A DNA stretch of 64,000 nucleotides. Source: a virus. The notes below the pieces were generated by a model. It did no database searches. It had not been told where the DNA came from and worked only from the letters and a program-made list of their open reading frames with translations. The stretch is taken from the IMG/VR virus record IMGVR_UViG_3300034092_004324, positions 14,024-78,023 of that record; one strand, given 5' to 3'. A program made the translations under genes and the position numbers. Below are positions 9,506 through 20,183 of the stretch, one piece after another; position 1 is the first letter of the stretch; each line of letters opens with the position of its first letter.

Positions 9506-10429
9506 TTAATCATACTCTGTATTAAACATACTTAAATGTCTGTGATAGTTACTATCATCATTTATATCACAACCTTTAATTCTACAACTGGTGTCTTTTA
9601 AAACATTAGTTTGACAAGTTCTACACCATACATGTTTTTTATTATTTGTAGAAAATGAACTTATAGTTGGTCTAATAACTGATGAAGTTGTACTAACAGA
9701 CATTAATTCAAATTTCTTTACATATTCATGTCTAAGTGGTTTTGAATTATCAAGACCATGTAATTTAAAATTATCTGTTATTTGATAAGCTGTAGGATTT
9801 TCATTTTTAAATTCATAACTTCTGTTTGAAAAATAATACTGTATTTTTTCATTTGGACCATCTTTTTTGAAATATCCTAAAAGAATCGTAGGTTTATTTG
9901 GAAATATAAATACTAATCTGTTACTTTCATAATTTATCAATTTTAGAATATCAGTTTTACATAATTTTAATAAATTTGATAAAAAAGAATAAGCATCAGT
10001 AAGTCCTAATAAAGTAACATTAAAAAAAGAAGTATCACTCAAAACTTTATTATGTTCTTGATAAGTCATCATTGTTCCGTTATGAGAAAATACTCCTTGT
10101 TTTTTAATATTAGTTATTTCTTTAAGTGATAATATTTCTTCTTCATTTGTTATAATTTGCGGTTGAATATTTTTTATATTATCAGTACCTGCACTTCTTT
10201 TTCTTAAATGAATCATCAACTCATCTGAAGGTCTTACATTCAATGATTTAATTCTTTTAATGAAATCTTCAATTGTGCCTGTGTTATCTTTGTAAAGTTG
10301 AATTTCTTTATCTCTTTTAAGAGCATATCCGAAACCATCTTGGTTTCTTAAATAATATGATCTTGCAATAGATTTATAGAAATACCCAGAAATTGGGGTT
10401 TTATTGTCTTTGTATATTATCAGACACAT
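9506..10429 (-). CDS. class II (Ntn) glutamine amidotransferase-like protein
   Basis: Cys2 (MCLII), NQDGFG, IHLR.RSAG, HNG, SDT. Confidence 0.82.
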   Translation of the reverse strand: MCLIIYKDNKTPISGYFYKSIARSYYLRNQDGFGYALKRDKEIQLYKDNTGTIEDFIKRIKSLNVRPSDELMIHLRKRSAGTDNIKNIQPQIITNEEEILSLKEITNIKKQGVFSHNGTMMTYQEHNKVLSDTSFFNVTLLGLTDAYSFLSNLLKLCKTDILKLINYESNRLVFIFPNKPTILLGYFKKDGPNEKIQYYFSNRSYEFKNENPTAYQITDNFKLHGLDNSKPLRHEYVKKFELMSVSTTSSVIRPTISSFSTNNKKHVWCRTCQTNVLKDTSCRIKGCDINDDSNYHRHLSMFNTEYD

Positions 10430-11279
10430 AGTTTATATAATCTTTTAATGTATTGAATTCGACTGATGTAGTACTTTCTTTGTAATATATATCTTCATTA
10501 AAAGATTCGTTGTAAAGAACTTGTGATGAACTTATATGTTCTAATAACAATCTTGCAGTATATCCTGTATAAGAGAATAATATAAGCTCTTTTAAAGTTA
10601 TACTTTCACTATTTTTAAGTATCTTATTGTAATTCTTTTCAACAAAGTTTACAAATGCAAAACAAATTAAAATCCAATTTCTAACTTCTTCAAAGTTTAA
10701 AGTTGCGTGATGTAATCTAAATTCTAAAGTTAAAAAGTCATTAAATCCATTATTTTTATCTTTGATTTTTTTATTTATATGCTTGTTTCTCATATTGAAA
10801 TTACAAGCAATGAAATTTAACCACTTATATCTATCTAACTTTTTAATATTAATATCTCTTTGATATCTGAATGTATATCTTCCTCCTGGATGTGGAGAGA
10901 ATTTATTAGAATTTCTACCTATTTCATTTGAAATTGAAAGTTCTTTGAAAAACTTGTGATAACACATGTCAACTCCAGATTCAATATCATTAGAATTCTT
11001 TAAAATACTTTTAAATTCAGCTACTCTTTTATCAAACAATCTACCACACATATCGTTATCTCTACGTGATGGTAACATTAAAGAAAATATTTCATTCTCT
11101 AATTGTTTTGCTAAAATATAAGCTGCAATATTAAAGTACTTATTGAATTTTGCATTACCAACGTGAATGTGTATTCCACATCTTCTGTCGATTTTACAAT
11201 TCTTTGATATTAACTTTAAAAGACGATACAGTTTGTAAAAACCAACATCACCTTTTAATACTTGAGTGACGTACTCACC
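10401..11279 (-). CDS. amidoligase (COOH-NH2 ligase type 1), exon 2
   Basis: Frame is open from 11279: GEYVTQVLKG...RCGIHIHVG...PSRR...RYKWLN...TLEFRLHHATLN. Confidence 0.88.
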   Translation of the reverse strand, partial: GEYVTQVLKGDVGFYKLYRLLKLISKNCKIDRRCGIHIHVGNAKFNKYFNIAAYILAKQLENEIFSLMLPSRRDNDMCGRLFDKRVAEFKSILKNSNDIESGVDMCYHKFFKELSISNEIGRNSNKFSPHPGGRYTFRYQRDINIKKLDRYKWLNFIACNFNMRNKHINKKIKDKNNGFNDFLTLEFRLHHATLNFEEVRNWILICFAFVNFVEKNYNKILKNSESITLKELILFSYTGYTARLLLEHISSSQVLYNESFNEDIYYKESTTSVEFNTLKDYINYVSDNIQRQ

Positions 11280-11369
11280 CTGTAGTTTTTTCTACACGGA
11301 CTTTCTCTTTACCTTTTGTTTTTACACATGAAGGTAGTTGCCGTCAAGTCTCTACACTTTCCTTAAAAT

Positions 11370-12170
11370 TTAAGGCTTAGCTCGGGATTCCTGAAACTGG
11401 TTCCCCGAATTTGACAACTTTATTACCAAGTAATTTCTCACTTGGAGGGCGGTAAAATACTTTCTTTGTATGAAAGTATCTGTTTCTTGATATAAATTAT
11501 CTATTGTTTTAAGTACAAAATGTTGTTTAGAAATATTTATAACATAATAAGAACGTTGTTTATTAAAACGATGTTCTATATTATTTTCCGTTAAGAACTC
11601 TGAAATTTGTTTTAAAAAGTCTTCAGATGCTGAAATTATATTAATTCTTGGATTACCTTTAGTTGGAACAATAAATGATCCATCACCATCAATAATACCT
11701 CGTAATATATGCCAATTTAATTTGATTTTTAATTTCAAATCAAATGTTTTACGAGAAGTTAACCCATAAGAATTCAATAACTCAACAATTTCTTTAGAAC
11801 GAAAAGCTATTTTATAAGAAACAAAAGTTTTTTCATTAATCACCTTTTGTTTTTTTAAAATATTAACATTATCACCAAGAAAAAGTTTAAATTTTTCTAA
11901 GATATCAATGTCCTTTTCAACCAAAGAAATTTCAACACGATCTTTATAAATACATCCATCTGTTGCTAATAAACCAATAAAATAATACAAATCATTTGAC
12001 ATGTTATTAAACACCTCAAGTTTTACACGAGTTTGTGATTTATATTTTTTATTAACAATCCTTGCAACAGTATGGCGATCAAAACTCATAATTTTACCAA
12101 TTTCAGTAAAATTTAGACCTTGATCTCTTAATTTTAATACTTCTTTTTGTTTTTCAATACTTGTTTTCAT
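11370..12170 (-). CDS. intron-encoded LAGLIDADG homing endonuclease with N-terminal HTH
   Basis: YFIGLLATDGC and ILRGIIDGDGS motifs; C-terminus overlaps the ribozyme core. Confidence 0.92.
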   Translation of the reverse strand: MKTSIEKQKEVLKLRDQGLNFTEIGKIMSFDRHTVARIVNKKYKSQTRVKLEVFNNMSNDLYYFIGLLATDGCIYKDRVEISLVEKDIDILEKFKLFLGDNVNILKKQKVINEKTFVSYKIAFRSKEIVELLNSYGLTSRKTFDLKLKIKLNWHILRGIIDGDGSFIVPTKGNPRINIISASEDFLKQISEFLTENNIEHRFNKQRSYYVINISKQHFVLKTIDNLYQETDTFIQRKYFTALQVRNYLVIKLSNSGNQFQESRAKP

Positions 12171-12191
12171 TTTGTTACTATTTGTTCACCA

Positions 12192-12223
12192 CAAATATAA
12201 CCAAAATAAAAATACAATGCAAA
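12192..12223 (-). promoter_or_regulatory. Bacteroidota-type housekeeping promoter for the intronic endonuclease
   Basis: TTTG...TATATTTG matches the -33/-7 consensus, ~20 nt upstream of the ATG. Confidence 0.7.
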
Positions 12224-12281
12224 TATTTTAAACAAAACTTTATAACAATAGTTGTTATAATTTATAAATTTATTATAGTTT

Positions 12282-13871
12282 ACCCCTTATTACGCCATCA
12301 GGATCTCTAAGTGAACCATCTTTTGTTACAGAACAAATTACTTGATTTTCAATAAACTCTTCTGGATAAATTTTACCAAGAATTGTTTCAACTTCTACTC
12401 CAAAAGTATAGTCTAAATTTTCACATGTTTTTGAAGTATGAATATTTTCATAAGTTTTAAAATTTACTTTTTCTTTTGTTTCTACTTTAAAATGTTCTGA
12501 CATCATATTTAATAAATGATTCAATGTAATATCACAAGCATCTAATAACACATTGATTGTTTCATCATTTTTAAATAAAGAATTTATAAGCCATGAAAGC
12601 AAATAACTTTCATCTATATACTCAGGAGTTTCAGAAAGCATTCTTTCTAAATCATTTGCTGAAATTTCAATATAGATATTGTCATTTTTAGAATTTTTAC
12701 TTTTAACTTTTTGTCTAAATTTATTTAAATAATCATTTCCTTGATTAAAAGTTAAATTTAAAATACTTATAGTACGACTTAAATCATTATCAACTAATAT
12801 GTTTCCTATACCTGGAAGATATGCATACTTTTTTGATTCATTAACATCAAAATTAAGTGTATATTTGATGGTTGTTGGTACAGTATAATGTAAAATTCTA
12901 TTTACTTCTGTTGAATCAGTTATTTGTTTTCCTATTAATTTATAATTGTAACTTGAACCATCTACTGGAAAAATATTTTGAAACATGTTACCTGTAAGAT
13001 CATAATATGTAAATTTATCAAATATAAAATGATTATCTCCAGCTTTTTCTGGTCTAAAAGGTAAATAAAAAGTTTCATTTATTAATTTTAACTCATGAAA
13101 AGTACTTTCATATAAACAAAACTTTTCTGTTTTAAATAAATCCTCAAGTTTTGAAGTTACATAATGTTTTAAAGCTAATGAAGGATTGATATATTGACGT
13201 TTATTTACAAATTCGTCATTATATTTATCATGTAAACTTAAAAACGTTTTATAAGCTTCTAAATATGAAGGCATAAGATCTTTTTTAGAAATTCTATTGA
13301 TTATTGCATTTTTTACATCATTACTAATTCTAAAGTCATGTCTATAATTAGACAGATTTATAAGATATGTTTCATATATTACTGAATAAACAACTAAATA
13401 ATTAAAGAACTCATCATTTTTCTGTGTAAATTGAGAAATACTTGGACTTGGTCCTTTAAAGTTATAATATTTATTTATAAAAGTTTTTATATATTCTTTA
13501 ACTAATAATGATTCTTTATTATTTATACTTGTAAATTCATTAAAATCATAATGATTTAGTTTACTAAGATAAAATGAAAGTTTCTCTTTATATTTATTTT
13601 CAAGTTTTGTATTAACAAAGGTATTAAGTTGTTCTTTATTAAAAATTATGATATAATTTGATGCTACAGGACCTGTTAAAATTAATATTGAATCTTTTAA
13701 ATCATAATTAAGTAATGAATTTTTACTACCTCCAGAAAGAATATCTAGACCGCAATCTTCTTTACTTAAAAGAATATCTCCAAAAGTTCCATTTATTTGA
13801 AAAAAACAAGTAATAATATCTTCTTTTTCTTTTTCTTTTAGTGATAATGGTTCAATTCTTGATGTTTTCAT
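12282..13871 (-). CDS. amidoligase (COOH-NH2 ligase type 1), exon 1 with long N-terminal extension; ~822 aa after splicing
   Basis: YTFGVEVET...DGSL motif at the exon end; probable start MKTSRIEP at 13871, just after the upstream stop. Confidence 0.85.
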
Positions 13872-13875
13872 AATC

Positions 13876-16521
13876 TTAGTTAAAAGGATTTTGAGAGTTA
13901 ATTTCTGAATTAATTTCATTATTATTTCTTTCAATTTCACAAACAGTGTCTTCGCAACTTTCCAATAATGAAATAATTTGTTCATTGTCATGTTTGTTTT
14001 CTATTTGATCTTCTAATAATTGTTCTTTTACCAAAGAAATAGCATATGCTATTTCCTCGATTTTTTCTTTATTTTCAGTTGACAACATAGTACACTTTTT
14101 AATTACTTTATCGTAAAGTAAATAATCATCATTTTCTAAATCCTCTAAAACCTCACTTAAATCATTTTCCATTTGATCTTCTAATTCATCATCAGTAATT
14201 ATATCTTCTGAAAAAGCAATTGAATCGGCATAATGATTTAATTCAGCTTGATTCATTTTTTCAATGTAAGCTTCACCATCTTCATGATATCTCTCAACTG
14301 TTGAAATATCAGAATCAATGACCATAGATAAATTACTTTGAAGAAAATTTCCATTTAATATTCTTTTTGGTAGTATATTACTAACATGTGGAACTATTAT
14401 TACTTTTGAAATTGGAATTATGAATAATTTATTTGACTCATCGGAAAAATATAATTTTTCTTTATGAATATTTGTATCTAAATCAGAAGTGTTATTTTTA
14501 AATACAAAAAACTTTTCATATTTTGTATTTTTCAATAACGTAGAATAATGAAAAGTTGGTATTTCTGATAAATTACAAACGTTTCCTCCAATTTTTACAT
14601 CAACAGCACGAACTTTTTCCACAACAGCTGGTAATGATTTTACAGTTTCTTCTTTATGATTTTCATATACTTGATTCAATATATATATTTTGTTTTTATT
14701 TTTATAATTATATAGATAATTAAGTTTTGCAAATTCTGTGTTTATGAAATATTTAATAACAAAAGATCTTACTGAATACTCATAAAAATATACTTCACTA
14801 AGAATATTTTTAAACACCTCTTTAAAATCACTTAAATTATTTTTAAAATCTGGATGATTTAAAGTTATACAATTTTTTGAGATATTGTCATCATCAAAAA
14901 AAGAAAGTAATTTTAAGCTCGATAAAGTATCTTCATTACTTAAATATGTTTCATTTGTATAAATAATATTATAACTAATATCATCAGTTGTTTCATATGC
15001 TGAAATTTGTCCATTATTAAATAAAATTATAATATCATCTTCAGCAGAACCATTTAAAATTCTTGTTTGTAAAGTTTTATTGTGTATTTTTCTTTTTACT
15101 ATTTTTTCATGATGGTGATAATATGTAGAAATTTTTGATTTACTTTTTATTATAATACCAAACAAATTTTTATCTTTGTCAATTACAATATCTGGTAATC
15201 CTAAAAGATTAAAACAAGTATCATCATCACTACTGTTATTATTTTTCTTAATTTCATCTTTAATATCTGAAATAAACTTTTCTTGAGAACCTATAGTTAA
15301 TACATAAAATTCAAGAAGAACTTTTAATTCTTCAACTTCTGATTGATAAATATTTTTTTTATTTTGTTTTTTACATGCGTTAATTATTAACTCTTTAATT
15401 GTTTCAATAGGTACAACAGCTTTAAGAAAAGTATTAATTTTTACTTCTGCTAATCTGTAATTAACATCTATCATCAACTCATTAGATGAATACCTTAAAA
15501 CAAAATCACCATTATTTAAATTTTCATTTATAATTTTAATTATTTCATTTATATTATGATTATTTCTTGAATATATTTTTGATTTATTCTTTAAAGTTAT
15601 ATTGTATATGACAGCATTTCTTTCAGTTGTATGTACTGATTCTTTAAATAAATCATTAAAACTATCTTTTAAATAATTTTTCTTTTCTTCAGGTTTTAAG
15701 CTGTTAAAATACTTTAAAGTTAAACTAATAATGTTACTTTCATTACTAGTAAAATGATTCATATAAGAAGTTGTTACAGAAGTTGAATTAGTACTATTTT
15801 TAAATGTATTATTATAGGTATAAGTATAATCATGATAAGGTTTATTTGCTAATTTTTTATTTTCTGTAATTACACCATGTTTAATAGTGTATAAATTCAA
15901 TTCTTTTAATTCTTCAATATTTGTACATCCAATAATTTGTAAAGGTTGTTTCTCAGAAGAAATATACATTCCTTCTTCTTTCCATCCTATATGAATTTCA
16001 CGATCCTTTTTAAATAAATGTAAAGTATCTTCTTCATTTTCATAACTAAATAGTAATGTAGCAGCACCTGCAATATCATTTAATATATGAAGATCTCTAT
16101 ATTTAGAAATATAATCATACACGTGTGCAGAATCTACATTGAATTTTCCTATTTTGTCATATTTTTTCTTTAAATCATCAATATTAGTTATTGTTCCATT
16201 ATGTACACCTATTATTCCTGGAAAATAAAATGGATGAGTAGTATCTTTACTAAACGTTTTATGTTTAAAAGATGCTTGTCTTAAATGTCCAATAAAAATA
16301 TTTGCAGATTGTTCAATTTCACTTTTGTAATTTATTAACAAATTTTTGTCAGCTCGATCAGTGTCTTTATAAACACATTTTTCAAACTTTACGTCTTTTA
16401 ATGGTCTGAAAAATCCAGCAGCATCACTACCTCTTAAAATATTTAAACTCATTAAGATTTTAATACTTGCTGGATCATATTTCATTCCATCAAATCCTGA
16501 AAAACCAACTATTCCACACAT
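13876..16521 (-). CDS. class II glutamine amidotransferase domain protein with long C-terminal region
   Basis: MCGIVG, RGSDAAG, IGHLRQAS, THPF, HNGTITN, VDSA. Confidence 0.88.
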   Translation of the reverse strand: MCGIVGFSGFDGMKYDPASIKILMSLNILRGSDAAGFFRPLKDVKFEKCVYKDTDRADKNLLINYKSEIEQSANIFIGHLRQASFKHKTFSKDTTHPFYFPGIIGVHNGTITNIDDLKKKYDKIGKFNVDSAHVYDYISKYRDLHILNDIAGAATLLFSYENEEDTLHLFKKDREIHIGWKEEGMYISSEKQPLQIIGCTNIEELKELNLYTIKHGVITENKKLANKPYHDYTYTYNNTFKNSTNSTSVTTSYMNHFTSNESNIISLTLKYFNSLKPEEKKNYLKDSFNDLFKESVHTTERNAVIYNITLKNKSKIYSRNNHNINEIIKIINENLNNGDFVLRYSSNELMIDVNYRLAEVKINTFLKAVVPIETIKELIINACKKQNKKNIYQSEVEELKVLLEFYVLTIGSQEKFISDIKDEIKKNNNSSDDDTCFNLLGLPDIVIDKDKNLFGIIIKSKSKISTYYHHHEKIVKRKIHNKTLQTRILNGSAEDDIIILFNNGQISAYETTDDISYNIIYTNETYLSNEDTLSSLKLLSFFDDDNISKNCITLNHPDFKNNLSDFKEVFKNILSEVYFYEYSVRSFVIKYFINTEFAKLNYLYNYKNKNKIYILNQVYENHKEETVKSLPAVVEKVRAVDVKIGGNVCNLSEIPTFHYSTLLKNTKYEKFFVFKNNTSDLDTNIHKEKLYFSDESNKLFIIPISKVIIVPHVSNILPKRILNGNFLQSNLSMVIDSDISTVERYHEDGEAYIEKMNQAELNHYADSIAFSEDIITDDELEDQMENDLSEVLEDLENDDYLLYDKVIKKCTMLSTENKEKIEEIAYAISLVKEQLLEDQIENKHDNEQIISLLESCEDTVCEIERNNNEINSEINSQNPFN

Positions 16522-16533
16522 AGTGTTATTTGA

Positions 16534-16965
16534 TTATTGTCCTTGTTTTTCTGTTAATCCTTTGTATGTATGATATGAACCATCATCTAAATAAGATAAT
16601 CTTTCCGGTCTTGAAACTTCATGCATGTAAATTTCAGCATTAATTTCTTGATTATCCATCATTACAACTAAAGGAGTTCTTTTATAAAAGTTTGGATGTC
16701 CTTCTAATCTATCAAGATTCATTAAAGTTTTGTCATCAACTTCAAATAAATCTCCTTTAATATTTACTGGTTTAAATATTTGTTTTTCTTCTTCAGTTAA
16801 AAACTTACCTTCAGATACATAAGGAATACCTGAAGCAAACATTCTTAATTCAGATTTAGTTGTTGCTGAACCTAAATGTTTTGCACCTTCGTTATTTAAA
16901 TAATTTTGATAGTTGCCATATGGTGGTCTTAATGTACCATAGACAAAAACTAAGTGTTTTTTCAT
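16534..16965 (-). CDS. gamma-glutamylcyclotransferase (AIG2-like)
   Basis: VFVYGTLR, GDLFEV, LDRLEGHPNFYKR. Confidence 0.92.
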   Translation of the reverse strand: MKKHLVFVYGTLRPPYGNYQNYLNNEGAKHLGSATTKSELRMFASGIPYVSEGKFLTEEEKQIFKPVNIKGDLFEVDDKTLMNLDRLEGHPNFYKRTPLVVMMDNQEINAEIYMHEVSRPERLSYLDDGSYHTYKGLTEKQGQ

Positions 16966-17963
16966 CTTGTTTTCTTTGCTATTAATTTTGTTAATGTTTC
17001 TATGTAACGTTCAGTCACATAGGTGAATTGTTTTTTTTCGATATCATTTTCTCCAAAACTTGGGGCTGAATTTATTTCAATAATAATAAAATCTGGTGTT
17101 TTATCTTTCTTTTCATTTTGAACTCTAACATCACAAGCTCCAAAATCAAGTCCTACTGATTTTAAAGCTAAAACACAATGCTCTACTATTTGGTTCCAAT
17201 TTGATGGTTTTTCAAATAGATTGCTTTCAGAATCTTCGCGAATCCAAACGCAATTATCATCATGTCTATGCCATTTTTGATCTTCAGGAGTACCAGATTT
17301 TAACATTTTTCTACATGAATAAAATGCACCATCTTCAGTTACATGTACTCTGTATTCTCTGTTATATTGATAATATCTTTCAAAAATATAATTACTCATA
17401 GTTTTGTTAGTTGCCCATTTTTGTAATTCTTCAAAATTATTAATTAAAGAATTACCTTTATTTCTTGAACCAAAATGTGATTTTGCTACAATAGGATAAG
17501 GTAATTCTTGAGCTATAATTCCAACATCTATTTTATCATGTTGTTTTTCAACAAAACTATTAATTGATCTTGCAGTGAACCATCTTGCTGTTTTTACATT
17601 TCCTTTAGTAAAACAGTTTTTCATTCTTAATTTTGAAGAACTATTTTGAATACCTTCTACTTTATTTATTTCGATAAAATTATAATTATTCATCTGAGTG
17701 ATCTGGTTCGTCAAATCCCTCACTGTCGTCGTTGAACCAAAGCGAATCAGCACTTTTTGTGGTAACTTCACCAACGGTAGCAGCTTGTATTTCCCCCTCA
17801 ACACTTGATGAGATGGATGTCTTGAAAGAACTAGCGGTCTGGTGAGACGATATTGCTTCTTCAATTGCTTTTTCAATGGATTCACCGTCTCCTTCATAGA
17901 GGAAGGAGAAACCTGATTCATAGGTTTTTTTTTCAGCTTTTTTAATTTTATTTTGTTTTGCAT
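16962..17963 (-). CDS. ATP-grasp ligase (RimK-like)
   Basis: SRHPSH..IRFGSTT, YPIVAK..GSRNKG, REYRVHV, GLDFGACDV, IEINSAPS; start codon uncertain. Confidence 0.88.
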   Translation of the reverse strand: MQNKIKLKKLKKKPMNQVSPSSMKETVNPLKKQLKKQYRLTRPLVLSRHPSHQVLRGKYKLLPLVKLPQKVLIRFGSTTTVRDLTNQITQMNNYNFIEINKVEGIQNSSSKLRMKNCFTKGNVKTARWFTARSINSFVEKQHDKIDVGIIAQELPYPIVAKSHFGSRNKGNSLINNFEELQKWATNKTMSNYIFERYYQYNREYRVHVTEDGAFYSCRKMLKSGTPEDQKWHRHDDNCVWIREDSESNLFEKPSNWNQIVEHCVLALKSVGLDFGACDVRVQNEKKDKTPDFIIIEINSAPSFGENDIEKKQFTYVTERYIETLTKLIAKKTR

Positions 17964-18423
17964 TTTGTTTTTTTTGAGATAAATAATCTAAAGTTTTAAA
18001 ACTATTACTATCAACTAATACTTTTTTATTTTTATCATTTTTAATGTAAAAACAAACTCTGTTTTCAAATTGTAATGAAGGTTCTTCTTTTATAATTTTA
18101 TAATCTTTTTTTAAAGTAAAATTACTTTGTTTTTTTATGCAAATAACTGTTTCATCTTTTTTATAATTTAATATTTCTTGTCCTTTAATGTACTTCTTTG
18201 AAACTTTTGATTTTTCATTTTCAATTTTTTTAATATATTGTCGATAATCACTTGCTGAAGTAACTTGATTGTAAATTTGTGCTGCTTCTGTTATGGTATC
18301 ACTTGATAATACATTAGTTGGTTTTGATGTAGTTGGTTTTGATGTATTTATCCATACATAAGATGGTTCTTCTGAATTTAAAGTATTTGCTGGTTTTGTT
18401 GCTGCTTTTTTTCCTGTTTTCAT
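17686..18423 (-). CDS. hypothetical protein with small beta-barrel-like domain; 3' end overlaps the ATP-grasp gene
   Basis: CIKKQSNFTLKKDYKI...IKND motif; acidic tail in the overlap. Confidence 0.6.
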   Translation of the reverse strand: MKTGKKAATKPANTLNSEEPSYVWINTSKPTTSKPTNVLSSDTITEAAQIYNQVTSASDYRQYIKKIENEKSKVSKKYIKGQEILNYKKDETVICIKKQSNFTLKKDYKIIKEEPSLQFENRVCFYIKNDKNKKVLVDSNSFKTLDYLSQKKQNAKQNKIKKAEKKTYESGFSFLYEGDGESIEKAIEEAISSHQTASSFKTSISSSVEGEIQAATVGEVTTKSADSLWFNDDSEGFDEPDHSDE

Positions 18424-18452
18424 TATATTAATTATTTAAAAGTTAAAAAGTT

Positions 18453-19325
18453 TTACTTTACTTTTTCTGAAGTAGGAACAGTAATATTCAACTCATTTAA
18501 AAATTGAATAATATTTTGTTTTTTATTATTTTTCATTAAGGAGTTAACTTCTTGAAAAAATTCATCATGATAAATTAATGTATCATGATTAAATGCATGT
18601 TCTACTGCTTTTTTAGTTCCATTTAATACCATATCAATTAAATAACCATCTTTTATCCAATAATTAGATAAAGAACGATACTCAACACCATATGGTTTAA
18701 GTCTGAAACGTCCTGGAGTTCCATATACATTTTTTCTTTGATCATCTTCATCAAGAATTGTACTTGGTAATCCAACAAATAAATCCATAAATTTTACAAC
18801 ATTACCTAATACATGTAATATTTCAGGATTAACTGTTTGAAGTGGATTATCTTGTATAAAATCTATACTTTTAACACCTAATTTATCTAAAAGTCCTATA
18901 TGAACGTGACCACCTGCAAATCTAATGTCTGGGAACATTATTGGATCTGGTGGAAAATTCTGTTGCATTAAATATGCATCAAAATCTGGATCACAACCAA
19001 ATTTATTAGCTTGTTCAGTTAATAAATCTATAGGATTAAAATTTGCACTTGGTACTATTAAAGCTTTAAAGTTTGTATAATTTGTATTTATATGATTTAA
19101 TATTTTATCGATATTACTTTTAAATTCTTCATTATCATTTGTAGCTGGAATGTTAAATTCTGCCATTACATTATCTTCTTGTAATGCAAAACCTTCTCCT
19201 AAAGAAGTAATATTTAAAGGTTCTTCTTTAGAACCACCAATAATTCCTTCAGCAGATGTAACTTTACCAGTTTGAGTATTTACTAAAAATACTTCGGTGT
19301 CTGTACCAATAGTGATATTTTTCAT
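18453..19325 (-). CDS. phiEco32-like COOH-NH2 ligase type 2
   Basis: IGTDTEVFL, GGSKEEP, QEDNVMAEFNIP, FGCDPDFDAY, RFAGGHVHIG, YGTPGRFRLKPYGVEYRSLSN. Confidence 0.93.
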   Translation of the reverse strand: MKNITIGTDTEVFLVNTQTGKVTSAEGIIGGSKEEPLNITSLGEGFALQEDNVMAEFNIPATNDNEEFKSNIDKILNHINTNYTNFKALIVPSANFNPIDLLTEQANKFGCDPDFDAYLMQQNFPPDPIMFPDIRFAGGHVHIGLLDKLGVKSIDFIQDNPLQTVNPEILHVLGNVVKFMDLFVGLPSTILDEDDQRKNVYGTPGRFRLKPYGVEYRSLSNYWIKDGYLIDMVLNGTKKAVEHAFNHDTLIYHDEFFQEVNSLMKNNKKQNIIQFLNELNITVPTSEKVK

Positions 19326-19328
19326 TAA

Positions 19329-20177
19329 TTATGATTTTACTTTTGAGGTTTTGAAGATTTTATTAAATTGAGATTCAATCATAAACTCTGTGATTTCACA
19401 ATTAAATTCCTCTGGGTGCCATTGTACACCAATAATTGGAAATTCTTTATGAACAAATCCTTCTATCAATAAGTTTGTTTTAATTCTTTTTAAATTTTTG
19501 GTTTCTCTGTCATTTACTAAAAATTCATCAATAATATTATTTTCTGATTGAATAGTAGGACATGCATCTTTTTTACGTGTCCAACAAACAGCTTTCAAAT
19601 TATCTGCTAATTTATCAACTGCTTGATGATGAAAAGTATTTACTTTATCAATTCTAATAACATTTTGAATACTTTTAACTCCTTCATTAGTTACAATTTC
19701 TTGACAATTTTCATCCTCTGGATTATAGTAATTTACAAATTGTGTTTTTTCAGATCTTGAAGAATCATCAAGACTTTGATCATGTCCTGTTACATGTTGA
19801 TACAAAGTACCTCCAAACATAACATTTAATGATTGCATTCCACGACAAATCCCAATTGTAGGTTTACCTTTTAAAACCCAATTTTCTTGGATTACAGAAT
19901 CTAAATATTCAAGATGAACATCTATTCTTCCACATTCAGGTGCTGGTTTTTGTCCATATCTTCTTGGATCAACATCTGCACCACCAGGTAATACTAATAA
20001 ATCGATATCTTCAAATGTCTTTTCTAAATCACTATCTACTGTTATAAATGTTAATACTAATTCTTTATCGAATTTCCTTGCAATTTTTCTGCAAAAAGCT
20101 TGATAAGAATGGTTTTGATAGGTTCTTTCACCTAATGAATAGGCTAATAAACCTATATTCATTTTTTGTTTTTTCAT
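19329..20177 (-). CDS. class I glutamine amidotransferase / peptidase C26 (gamma-glutamyl hydrolase-like)
   Basis: LPGGADVDP, GICRGMQ, GGTLYQH, NTFHHQAV, GVQWHPE. Confidence 0.92.
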   Translation of the reverse strand: MKKQKMNIGLLAYSLGERTYQNHSYQAFCRKIARKFDKELVLTFITVDSDLEKTFEDIDLLVLPGGADVDPRRYGQKPAPECGRIDVHLEYLDSVIQENWVLKGKPTIGICRGMQSLNVMFGGTLYQHVTGHDQSLDDSSRSEKTQFVNYYNPEDENCQEIVTNEGVKSIQNVIRIDKVNTFHHQAVDKLADNLKAVCWTRKKDACPTIQSENNIIDEFLVNDRETKNLKRIKTNLLIEGFVHKEFPIIGVQWHPEEFNCEITEFMIESQFNKIFKTSKVKS

Positions 20178-20183
20178 TGGTTT

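Larger units (their letters stand above)
11280..12281 (-). mobile_element. group I intron (1002 nt) in the amidoligase gene, with LAGLIDADG ORF in the P1 loop
   Basis: Core motifs AAAUUCGGGGAA / AAUCCCGAG / GUGUAGAGACUU / AAGAGAAAGUCC; IGS UUUUACCGCCC pairs with GGGU|GGUGAG; P9 UGUAG..CUACA then terminal G; splicing gives DGVIRG|GEYVT in frame. Confidence 0.92.

Noticed and set aside
13872-13991. Extended N-terminus of the amidoligase ORF
   Set aside because: It overlaps the upstream GATase gene by over 100 nt; the ATG at 13871 just after the upstream stop is more plausible
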